Positions 7,507-15,453 of a DNA stretch of 61,567 nucleotides are shown here, piece after piece. Position 1 is the stretch's first letter. Every line of letters starts with the position of its first letter. Location of the stretch: NCBI GenBank assembly GCA_963727455.1, contig CAVSGG010000014.1, positions 1 through 61,567 on the forward strand, in the 5' to 3' direction. A model generated the notes under the pieces. That model was not told the origin of the DNA. It saw nothing but the letters and a program-made list of their open reading frames with translations, and searched no databases. The stretch is from Candidatus Krumholzibacteriota bacterium (GTDB lineage: Bacteria > Krumholzibacteriota > Krumholzibacteriia > JAJRXK01). The position numbers and the translations under genes were made by a program.

Positions 7507-10248
7507 CTATCGTGCCAATAGCATCTTGTGGCTGCTGTTGAATGTTCCCGCGTGCATGGAATAGAAGTAGACCCCGCTCGCCACGTTCTTGCCGCGGGCG
7601 TCTTGTCCTCTCCATATGACCTCGTGATCGCCGGCCGAGTACTGGTCGTGCACGAGGGTCTTCACCCTGCGGCCGCTCACGTCGTAGATGTCGATTTCAA
7701 CTTGGCTGTCTTGCGGAACCGAAAATCGGATCACCGTGGCTGGATTGAAGGGATTCGGCGTGTTCTGACTCAGCTGATACGAGTGCGAGGAGATCTCCGG
7801 GGCCGCCGTGATATCCCCGAAGACCAGGTGAACGTACTCGGGATGGTCGATGTAGGGATTGCGATTCAGCTGGTATTCGTAGATCGCGGCGTTGCGCTGC
7901 AGCTCCTTCAGGCTGACCGGATCCTCGTCGTTCCATTCCAGCAGCATCGAGAGGGCCCACGGTAGAATATCGGCTCCCTCGACCATGGGGCTGCCGGGCC
8001 AGTCCGCGTCTTCGGTGTAGTAGCGAGTCGACATGTAGAAATAGGTTCGCGCGAGGTCCCCCTTGTACGCGTCGATGGGCTCGAAGACGGTACCCGAGTA
8101 TCCGGGATAGACACAGGGTCCCAACTTGCTTCCATTGAGTGAGGTCCACTGGGGCACGGTCACCTCGCCGTAGGGATAGTTGCCCCGGTGGCCGTTGACG
8201 TCCGCGTCGCAGGGGTAGAGCGCGAAGATGTCGGTGTACATGGGAGAGACCTCTCCCCCGAACCAGCTCTTGGGCCAGGAGTGCTCGCGGGTGTAGCCGG
8301 TGCCCTCGCTGCCGCCAGTGCCCCCCTGGTCCACGCCCAAGGTGTATTCGTAGGGCGGCGTTCCTCCGGGAACATCGGAGTAGATGTCCCACACTTTGCC
8401 GTTGGGCTTCACGTCGGTCGTGTAGTACGCCGACCAGACGAAGTCGTAGCTGTGGGCCTGGTGATTGTCGATGATGGCGTGGAGTGCGGCGCGCAAGTTC
8501 TCGCCAACCAGGCCCTGCACGCTGTCATAGTAGTCGGCGGGAGGGCCGTAGTCGGCATAATCGTAGGGCTCAGTTGTAGACGCAATCGCATTTCCAAAGA
8601 GATCCTCGACCCCATCCACCGTCAGCGAGTACGAACCTTCGGACATCGTGCTCACGCCCAAGCTGACACGACTGAAATCACTCGGGTCGCGCTGTGCGGC
8701 GTCGACCGTCAAACCCGAAATCGTATAGTGAGAAGTTACTGCAGCCGAAGTGGGGTCGACTGCTTCGGTGAAGGTGACGATCACCGTGGTAGCGTTGGGG
8801 GCCGACACATTACTGATGGAGGGTGGGGTGGGATCGTTCACGAACACCAGGTCCCCCAGCTCGCGCGGCTGGACTCGATACGTCCCCCCGTTGTCCATGA
8901 GGACGCCAGTGAGGTCGTACACCGTTCCTAGCGTCACGCTCGCAGGGAACGCCAATTCGCCCACGAGGCACTCTCCACTTCCGTCATCCGCGGCCCACGC
9001 TCCGGCTCGATCCGTATCGGTGCACATCACGCCGGAGAGCTGCACCGTTACCCCTTCGAGATCCTCCCGTGAGACGGTACCGCTCGAAGCGTCCGTCGCT
9101 TGTGGAATCTCGCTGCCTTGCAATCGATTTAGAACGAGCGGTTGGGTGAGGATCGTCGTTCCGTAGAAACCAGAACCCAGACTCTCACTGACTACACCAC
9201 GCACCAGGACCGAATCGCCCAAGGTGTAGGGCGCAGTACCACTCACCCACACCCCGTTCCATGATCCCGGGCCGTCTTGAAGGACGGAGTAGTCACCGAT
9301 GAACGCGGCTACGACCCCTGATGTGATCACGGGTTGTCCGGCAAGGAGTGAGCTTGGCTGCTCGGACTGGATCTCGTGAATGGTGGCAGTGGTCGGAATC
9401 TGATAGCTGAAGCTCGAGGTTTCGATCTCGGCCGGGACATCGTTGGCGGCGGCCACCCGATAGTAGATCGTCGAACCCTCGGGCTGGGCGGGAATGGGGT
9501 TCTGCGTCGAATAGAAGTCTCCGTAGAACTTCACCATGCCAATCTGGTTGGGCAGCGAGGTCGAAGAGTTTCCCCACGAGAGAGTGACCGAGGTGATGGT
9601 GGCGATCTCGTCGCTGACCTCGGCTTGCACGTAAACCTCATCTCCCGGCAGTGGAGCAGATGGTTGGATGGCCACTGAAGAAATGTTTGGTGTATCTACC
9701 GGAGGAAGAGTGCTGTGTGTCCCCGGACTTCCCTGGGTGGGGTAATCGACCGGGGTGGCGGACCATTCGTTGGGATCGAAGGAGGTGTTGGGTGAGGTGA
9801 TCCCCTCGACGCGTACATAGTCCGAGTTCTCGAAACGTGTGGCATCTACCACCACATAATCCACGATCGTCGCGCTAGCATCCACCAGCTTGGCCCCGTC
9901 TCCGACCTTACCGTTCCACAGACCGTCATTGTCCGACCACGCCTCATCGGCGAAATCCACGGTAAATATGTCGACTGTCGTCGCGTCTCCGACGACTAGG
10001 GCATCGCCGGCGGCAATGGTGCCGCTCAACTGCCAGGTAAATTCGTCCCCGCCGTTGCCGACGGCTACGACCGACCAACCGCTGAGATCGACCCCGGTTG
10101 CTCCGGAGTTGTAGATCTCGATGAAGCGGTCCGAAGTGTAGTTGAGGCGCGGATCGCAGAGTTCCGAGATGAAGACATCCGCGCGCGCGGCGCGGGTTAC
10201 GAGGAGTAACCCCAGTACCACCAGTGGGAGAACGAAAGTGCGGCGCAT
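7507..10248 (-). CDS. Secreted endonuclease I (EndA/Bsn family) with lamin-tail, OB-fold/Ig-like domains and a C-terminal FlgD-Ig/T9SS-A-like domain
   Basis: GGAGG before ATG 10248; FISE..FIEIYN lamin-tail motif; REHSWPKSW, FEP..KGDLAR..Y and NRNPYIDHP endonuclease I motifs; QNTPNPFNP...SGVYFY..KMLLAR tail. Confidence 0.9.
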   Translation of the reverse strand: MRRTFVLPLVVLGLLLVTRAARADVFISELCDPRLNYTSDRFIEIYNSGATGVDLSGWSVVAVGNGGDEFTWQLSGTIAAGDALVVGDATTVDIFTVDFADEAWSDNDGLWNGKVGDGAKLVDASATIVDYVVVDATRFENSDYVRVEGITSPNTSFDPNEWSATPVDYPTQGSPGTHSTLPPVDTPNISSVAIQPSAPLPGDEVYVQAEVSDEIATITSVTLSWGNSSTSLPNQIGMVKFYGDFYSTQNPIPAQPEGSTIYYRVAAANDVPAEIETSSFSYQIPTTATIHEIQSEQPSSLLAGQPVITSGVVAAFIGDYSVLQDGPGSWNGVWVSGTAPYTLGDSVLVRGVVSESLGSGFYGTTILTQPLVLNRLQGSEIPQATDASSGTVSREDLEGVTVQLSGVMCTDTDRAGAWAADDGSGECLVGELAFPASVTLGTVYDLTGVLMDNGGTYRVQPRELGDLVFVNDPTPPSISNVSAPNATTVIVTFTEAVDPTSAAVTSHYTISGLTVDAAQRDPSDFSRVSLGVSTMSEGSYSLTVDGVEDLFGNAIASTTEPYDYADYGPPADYYDSVQGLVGENLRAALHAIIDNHQAHSYDFVWSAYYTTDVKPNGKVWDIYSDVPGGTPPYEYTLGVDQGGTGGSEGTGYTREHSWPKSWFGGEVSPMYTDIFALYPCDADVNGHRGNYPYGEVTVPQWTSLNGSKLGPCVYPGYSGTVFEPIDAYKGDLARTYFYMSTRYYTEDADWPGSPMVEGADILPWALSMLLEWNDEDPVSLKELQRNAAIYEYQLNRNPYIDHPEYVHLVFGDITAAPEISSHSYQLSQNTPNPFNPATVIRFSVPQDSQVEIDIYDVSGRRVKTLVHDQYSAGDHEVIWRGQDARGKNVASGVYFYSMHAGTFNSSHKMLLAR

Positions 10249-10442
10249 ACTGCCTCCGGAGAGAAAACTCAAGATTCGAGATCAAGACCCTTCCATTGAT
10301 AGTCAGTCGAAAGCGAGGATACCACAGAAACTGAGTGTCAGATGGTCCAGTCGCTTGCGGAGCGGCCATAGAATGTGATCTACTCTGTGCATACCCCAGG
10401 CTCCCAGCCTGGGAATTCCCTCATAGCCCTAGGCGGATATCA

Positions 10443-11105
10443 GTGAGACCTTTGCGCACATCTTTGCTTTCCATCCGTTCTCTTTCAACCGTGATCGTTG
10501 TCTTGGTCGCAGTGGTGAGTCTCGTCGTCACCCCTTCGCAGGCCCAGGAGGTCACCGCCTTTCTTGGTGCTTCCGGCCCGGGCCTGGCAAGCATGTCCTT
10601 CAACAACATTTCCACTCCCGACGTGGGAAACGACAACTTTGTCGGAACCTCACCGAATCAGCTCAACGTGAACCAAAAAGCCTACGATACCGTGGGCTAC
10701 ATCGACATGGTCTTTCAAGTGAGCGACGTGGGAGTACCGGCCACCGAGTACGTGCTGAACGAGGGGGTGGCGAACAGCACTGGAGAGGACTGGAGCGATT
10801 ATCACCTGGAGCTGGGTTTTGGAACCGGGGCCGGATTTTATCCTTCTACCGCGGGGGACGGTCTCGACTTCGACAGCCCGGACTACGATTCCCCCTATAC
10901 CTTCGCCCCCTTCACCTCGATCACCTTCGGTGAGGACACAATGGATGCCATAGGGGGCATCGTTCCGAGCGGGAGCTTCTATGTCTTCTCCTTTCCTATC
11001 GACGTGCCCGAGACGATCACCGAGTTCACGGTCCGGCAGTGGCCGAGCGTGTCTCCGGTAGCGGCACCTTCCGCGAGCTTCGGCAAGGTCAAGTCGCAGT
11101 ACTAG
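10443..11105 (+). CDS. Secreted choice-of-anchor F-like protein with C-terminal FGKVKSQY tail
   Basis: Signal peptide ending SQA; TEYVLNEGVANSTGEDWSDYHLELGFG resembles the choice-of-anchor F family; GTG start is uncertain. Confidence 0.65.
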   Translation: MRPLRTSLLSIRSLSTVIVVLVAVVSLVVTPSQAQEVTAFLGASGPGLASMSFNNISTPDVGNDNFVGTSPNQLNVNQKAYDTVGYIDMVFQVSDVGVPATEYVLNEGVANSTGEDWSDYHLELGFGTGAGFYPSTAGDGLDFDSPDYDSPYTFAPFTSITFGEDTMDAIGGIVPSGSFYVFSFPIDVPETITEFTVRQWPSVSPVAAPSASFGKVKSQY

Positions 11106-11135
11106 ACTACGAGTCGTTTTGCTCGAACCCGCCCT

Positions 11136-11163
11136 GGGGCGGACTCGGATTCGGGTCCGCCCC
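11136..11163 (+). terminator. GC-rich hairpin downstream of the 10443-11105 gene
   Basis: GGGGCGGACTCG-GATT-CGGGTCCGCCCC stem-loop; no immediate U-tract. Confidence 0.5.
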
Positions 11164-11334
11164 CTGATGCCCCCTCCACTTCTGCTGCCCGGCTCAGGAT
11201 CCCTTTTTTCCCCAAGAAAATAAGTTCAGATCACGCTTTCTTTTGCCGCTGGTCTTGCCCCCCTGGTGCGTTGAGTAGAATGTACCAGCAATTCAGGACT
11301 TGACCCCAGGAGTTGGGGCCTATGAAGGGATCCC

Positions 11335-12564
11335 ATGAAAAAATTCGTGATTCCGGCGCTGTTGGTGGTCGTGGCGCTGATCGCAGCGGCCATGTTTCAT
11401 TGGCGCGGGGAGAAGGGTGAAGCATACCGCTTCGTCGAAGTGACGCGCGGGGACGTCCAGAGCACGGTGACCAGCACCGGAATCCTGCAGGCGATCAATA
11501 CCATCCAGGTGGGAACGCAGGTCTCGGGCAAGGTTTCCGAGATCTACGTGGACTTCAACGACCACGTCAAGAAGGGCCAGCTCATTGCCCGCATCGATCC
11601 GACGCTCCTGGAGCAGGCGGTTCGACTGGCCGATGCCGATCTGACCCGAGCTCGCGCCGGTCTTGCCGACGCGCAGAGACAGTTCAAGCGAAGCGATGAG
11701 CTCTACCAGCAAAAAGCGATCACCGAGGACGACTACAGCACCGCGAAATACAATCTGGAGATTGCCAAAGCCGCTCTGGAGTCCGCTCAGGTCAACCTGG
11801 ACCGCGCAAAGCAGAATCTCGCCTATACCGAGATTCGCTCCCCGGTCGATGGTGTGGTCATCGATCGGACGGTTGACGTGGGGCAGACGGTGGCCGCTAG
11901 CCTCTCCGCTCCCCAGCTCTTCCTGATCGCCGAGGATCTCTCGAAGATGGAGATTCTGGCGTCGGTAGACGAGAGCGACATCGGAAAGATCCACGACGCA
12001 CAGTCGGTCCGGTTCACAGTCCAGGCCTACCCCGATTCGATTTTCACCGGGACGGTGAAACAGGTGCGGCTCAAATCGACCATTCAGGAAAATGTGGTCA
12101 ACTACGTGGTGTCCATCGCGGTGGCCAATCCCACCAGACGGCTCCTGCCGGGCATGACGGCCACCGTGGATTTCATCGTGGCCGAAGCGAAGGATGTGCT
12201 GCAGGTTCCCAACGCAGCCCTGCGTTTCCGGCCCACCGAGAAGATGTTGGCGGAGATGCGGAAACAGCGAAGCAATGCCGCCGGTGGCGATAGCACCCGT
12301 ACCGCGCAACGCCGCCGTCCGCGAGGAACGGGCTCTTCCGACCACGTGATGCTCTGGACTCTGGACGAGAACGGACACCCCATGCCGGTATTTGCGCGCA
12401 CGGGAATTTCCAACGGGCAGTACACCGAGGTCACCAGCCGGCGCCTGAAGGAGGGCATGCAGATCATCGCCTCGGTGGTGAGTTCGTCGGAAGGCGGCAG
12501 CTCCTCGAATCCCTTCCAGGGAGAGCGGCGGGACTTTCGGCGCAGACCGCCTCCGGGCCTCTAG
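11335..12564 (+). CDS. MacA-like periplasmic adaptor (membrane fusion protein)
   Basis: VGTQVSGKV, VKKGQLIARID, IRSPVDGVV, VGQTVAASL and LLPGMTA. Confidence 0.92.
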   Translation: MKKFVIPALLVVVALIAAAMFHWRGEKGEAYRFVEVTRGDVQSTVTSTGILQAINTIQVGTQVSGKVSEIYVDFNDHVKKGQLIARIDPTLLEQAVRLADADLTRARAGLADAQRQFKRSDELYQQKAITEDDYSTAKYNLEIAKAALESAQVNLDRAKQNLAYTEIRSPVDGVVIDRTVDVGQTVAASLSAPQLFLIAEDLSKMEILASVDESDIGKIHDAQSVRFTVQAYPDSIFTGTVKQVRLKSTIQENVVNYVVSIAVANPTRRLLPGMTATVDFIVAEAKDVLQVPNAALRFRPTEKMLAEMRKQRSNAAGGDSTRTAQRRRPRGTGSSDHVMLWTLDENGHPMPVFARTGISNGQYTEVTSRRLKEGMQIIASVVSSSEGGSSSNPFQGERRDFRRRPPPGL

Positions 12565-12574
12565 AGGTGGCACT

Positions 12575-13330
12575 ATGAGCGATTATCCCGTCATCGTAGC
12601 CACCGAGCTGGTAAAGACCTATCGCATGGGTAGCACCGAGGTACACGCTCTGCGCGGAGTTTCCCTGCGCGTGGAATCCGGAGAGATGATTGCGATCATG
12701 GGCTCTTCGGGCTCTGGCAAGTCCACGCTCATGAACATTCTGGGCTGTTTGGATCGTCCCAGTTCGGGGAGCTACGTGCTCGAGGGAAAGCGAGTGGATG
12801 AACTGAGCCGCAACCGGCTGGCCGATATCCGCAACGAGAAGATCGGCTTCGTTTTTCAGACTTTCAATCTGCTGGCCCGGACCAGTGCGGCGGAGAACGT
12901 GGAGTTGCCGCTGCTCTACGACCGCTCGGAGCGCGCCCTGAAGCCGAGAGAACTTGCCAGGGAAGCCTTGGCGCGGGTCGGTCTTGCCGATCGATTCGAG
13001 CACGAACCGTCCGAACTCTCGGGCGGCCAGCAACAGCGCGTGGCCATCGCCCGCGCTCTTGTGACCCGCCCTGCCCTGCTCCTGGCGGACGAGCCCACGG
13101 GGAACCTGGACACCAGAACTTCGCTGGAGGTCATGAGTCTCTTTCAGGAGCTAAACCGCGAAGGGGCGACCACCATTCTGGTGACTCACGAGCACGACAT
13201 CGCCAGCTATGCCAGGCGCACGGTCGAGCTTCGTGACGGTCGGATCGTGCGAGACGAGCCTGTTGTCCAACGCGACGCCGCGGCTGATCTCGCGGGACTG
13301 CCCAGCAACAACGGCGGAGGTGGCAGGTGA
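12575..13330 (+). CDS. MacB/LolD-family ABC transporter ATP-binding protein
   Basis: Walker [10 protein letters not shown]; [15 protein letters not shown]; [11 protein letters not shown]. Confidence 0.95.
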   Translation: MSDYPVIVATELVKTYRMGSTEVHALRGVSLRVESGEMIAIMGSSGSGKSTLMNILGCLDRPSSGSYVLEGKRVDELSRNRLADIRNEKIGFVFQTFNLLARTSAAENVELPLLYDRSERALKPRELAREALARVGLADRFEHEPSELSGGQQQRVAIARALVTRPALLLADEPTGNLDTRTSLEVMSLFQELNREGATTILVTHEHDIASYARRTVELRDGRIVRDEPVVQRDAAADLAGLPSNNGGGGR

Positions 13331-14544
13331 AAGGCACCAATCTCATTCGCATCGCCGGCCGCAGCCTCGTCAAGAACAAGACACGAGCCCTGCTTACCAT
13401 GCTCGGCATCGTAATCGGGGTGGGGGCGGTCATTCTGATGGTCGCCATTGGGCAGGGTGCAACCAAGCAGATCCAGACGACAGTGCAGGGCCTGGGAACC
13501 AACATGATCGTCATCACCCCGGGCGCGGTTTCGACCAGCGGGGTGAGCCAGGGGGCTCAGAGCTTCAATCGACTCACGGTGGAGGACGCCGATCATCTGC
13601 GGCAGCAGAGTTTCCTCTTGTCCGCGGTTTCACCGGTAGTGACCACCCGCGGTCAGATCGTGGGTGGAAACGGAAACTGGCGCGCCTTCGTATTCGGCGT
13701 TCATACCGACTACCAGATCATTCGCGACTGGCCCACCGAGGAGGGCGTGTTCTTCGACGCGAACGACATGAAGGCGATGCGCAAGGTGGTGGTGCTGGGG
13801 AAGACGGTGGCGGACAATCTCTTTGGCGACGAAGATCCCCTCCAGCAGCAAGTCCGTATCCGCAACGTTCCCTTTACCGTCATCGGGGTGCTCGCAAAAA
13901 AGGGGCAGACGGCGGACGGGAACGACCAGGACGACGTCGTGCTCGCTCCTTATACCACGGTGCAAAACCGGCTCTCGGGACACCAGTTCATCACTCAGAT
14001 CCTGGCCAGTACTTCCAGCCCGGGGGACATCGAGGCCGGGGAAGAGGAAGCGCGTGCCATCATGCGGGATTCGCATGGCTTGCACCAGGGACAGGACGAC
14101 GACTTCACGGTGCGCAATCAGGAAGATCTGGCCAAGACGGCGGCCAAGACGACGGAGGTCATGACTCTTTTGCTCTCGGCCATCGCCGGGATCTCACTGG
14201 TGGTCGGTGGGATCGGAATCATGAACATCATGCTCGTCTCGGTAACCGAACGGACGCGCGAGATCGGCCTGCGCATGGCCCTGGGTGCGCGCGGTAGCGA
14301 CATTCTCATCCAGTTTTTGGTCGAGAGCGTGGTGCTGAGTCTCGCGGGAGGTCTGATCGGCGTGGCGCTCGGGTTGGCGGGTGGTTTGATCCTGGGTTCC
14401 TTCACCGGTTGGGCCATCGCCATCTCCCCGGTGACGGTGTTTTTGGCCCTGGCCTTCGCGGCATCCGTGGGGATTTTCTTCGGGTTCTACCCGGCGCGCC
14501 GGGCCGCGGCACTGGATCCCATCGAGGCACTTCGTTACGAGTGA
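13327..14544 (+). CDS. MacB/FtsX-family ABC permease
   Basis: LTMLGIVIGV, GGIGIMNIMLVSVTERTREIG and DPIEALRYE; GTGA overlap with the upstream gene. Confidence 0.95.
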   Translation: MKGTNLIRIAGRSLVKNKTRALLTMLGIVIGVGAVILMVAIGQGATKQIQTTVQGLGTNMIVITPGAVSTSGVSQGAQSFNRLTVEDADHLRQQSFLLSAVSPVVTTRGQIVGGNGNWRAFVFGVHTDYQIIRDWPTEEGVFFDANDMKAMRKVVVLGKTVADNLFGDEDPLQQQVRIRNVPFTVIGVLAKKGQTADGNDQDDVVLAPYTTVQNRLSGHQFITQILASTSSPGDIEAGEEEARAIMRDSHGLHQGQDDDFTVRNQEDLAKTAAKTTEVMTLLLSAIAGISLVVGGIGIMNIMLVSVTERTREIGLRMALGARGSDILIQFLVESVVLSLAGGLIGVALGLAGGLILGSFTGWAIAISPVTVFLALAFAASVGIFFGFYPARRAAALDPIEALRYE

Positions 14545-14548
14545 TGAA

Positions 14549-14580
14549 AAGACCCCGCCCTCAAAAGAAAGCGGGGTCTT
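14549..14580. terminator. Intrinsic terminator between the convergent ABC operon and RRM gene
   Basis: AAGACCCCGC...GCGGGGTCTT inverted repeat; T-run follows on the minus strand. Confidence 0.7.
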
Positions 14581-14620
14581 CGATTCGGGCCTAGTCACCT
14601 AGGCCAGTGGGCATATCAGG

Positions 14621-14905
14621 CTACCAGCGGTTTCCGCCGCCATTGCCTCCGCCGCCGCGCTTGGGGCGATCCTGAGCCTCGTTGACCCGAAGATCACGTC
14701 CCTCCATATCCTTCCCGTTCAGGGCGGAAATGGCGGCCATTGCCGCATCGTCGTCCATCTCCACGAATCCAAATCCGCGGGGACGGCCCGTGTCGCGGTC
14801 GTTGATCAACGCTACCGAATGCACGTTTCCGTGCTTGCTGAACATCTCATTGACTGCTGCTTCGGTGGCACTGAAGGGCAGGTTGCCCACATAAAGTTTC
14901 TTCAC
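14621..14905 (-). CDS. Single-RRM RNA-binding protein with Gly-rich tail
   Basis: RNP2 LYVGNL, RNP1 RGFGFVEM, LRVNEA and GGGGNGGGNRW; GTG start after GGAG. Confidence 0.93.
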   Translation of the reverse strand: MKKLYVGNLPFSATEAAVNEMFSKHGNVHSVALINDRDTGRPRGFGFVEMDDDAAMAAISALNGKDMEGRDLRVNEAQDRPKRGGGGNGGGNRW

Positions 14906-14920
14906 AATCGTTATCTCCAA

Positions 14921-15084
14921 GAACCGGAAATGCCGGTTCATCTCAAGTGCTGTCGGCCGTTCCGAGGATCGGATGGGCCTTTGCACCCTAGTAATAGTCC
15001 AGCCGCTTGCTGGACTTCATCCCCCTGCTTAGGGGAATCTGCTACTCGGCTTGGCCGAGTGAACTCGCTCCGCATCTGCATGCG
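14921..15084 (-). promoter_or_regulatory. Structured putative 5' leader or ncRNA of the RRM gene (six consecutive hairpins)
   Basis: Inverted repeats at 14921-14939, 14947-14986, 14996-15016, 15022-15035, 15044-15060 and 15071-15084. Confidence 0.55.
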
Positions 15085-15453
15085 TTTTGGCTCGGTATCA
15101 GTGGGTCGAAGGATCCGTACTGGTCGAGGCCGTTGAATCCGACCCGCACAACAGAGGGGGCAAGAAGATCTGGGTTTGGCGTGCTGTCTCTGGCGAGACG
15201 CTGTTGTTCGCCGCGGCCACCTGGGACAGGGCCGCTTGGCCAGCAACTAAAGCAATTTGCGGGCCGACCGCCAGGTTTATTTGTTCCTGCCGCAAATTCG
15301 AAGAGCCTAGCCGCCAGGGGTCCCAACTTCGACGGAACCCAATCCGTCACGCTTCGTAGTCGATAAATCCGTCTCGCCCCGGACCCCGGGGCCGGCTAGG
15401 CTCTGTCGTCGACATTTCTCGTTGCTTCTGGACACTAATTGAAAGGGAATTTC

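Noticed and set aside
14996-15060. Mini CRISPR array or tRNA suggested by the 22-nt periodicity
   Set aside because: The stems differ in sequence, there are no identical repeats with spacers, no cas genes, and no cloverleaf or T-loop consensus.
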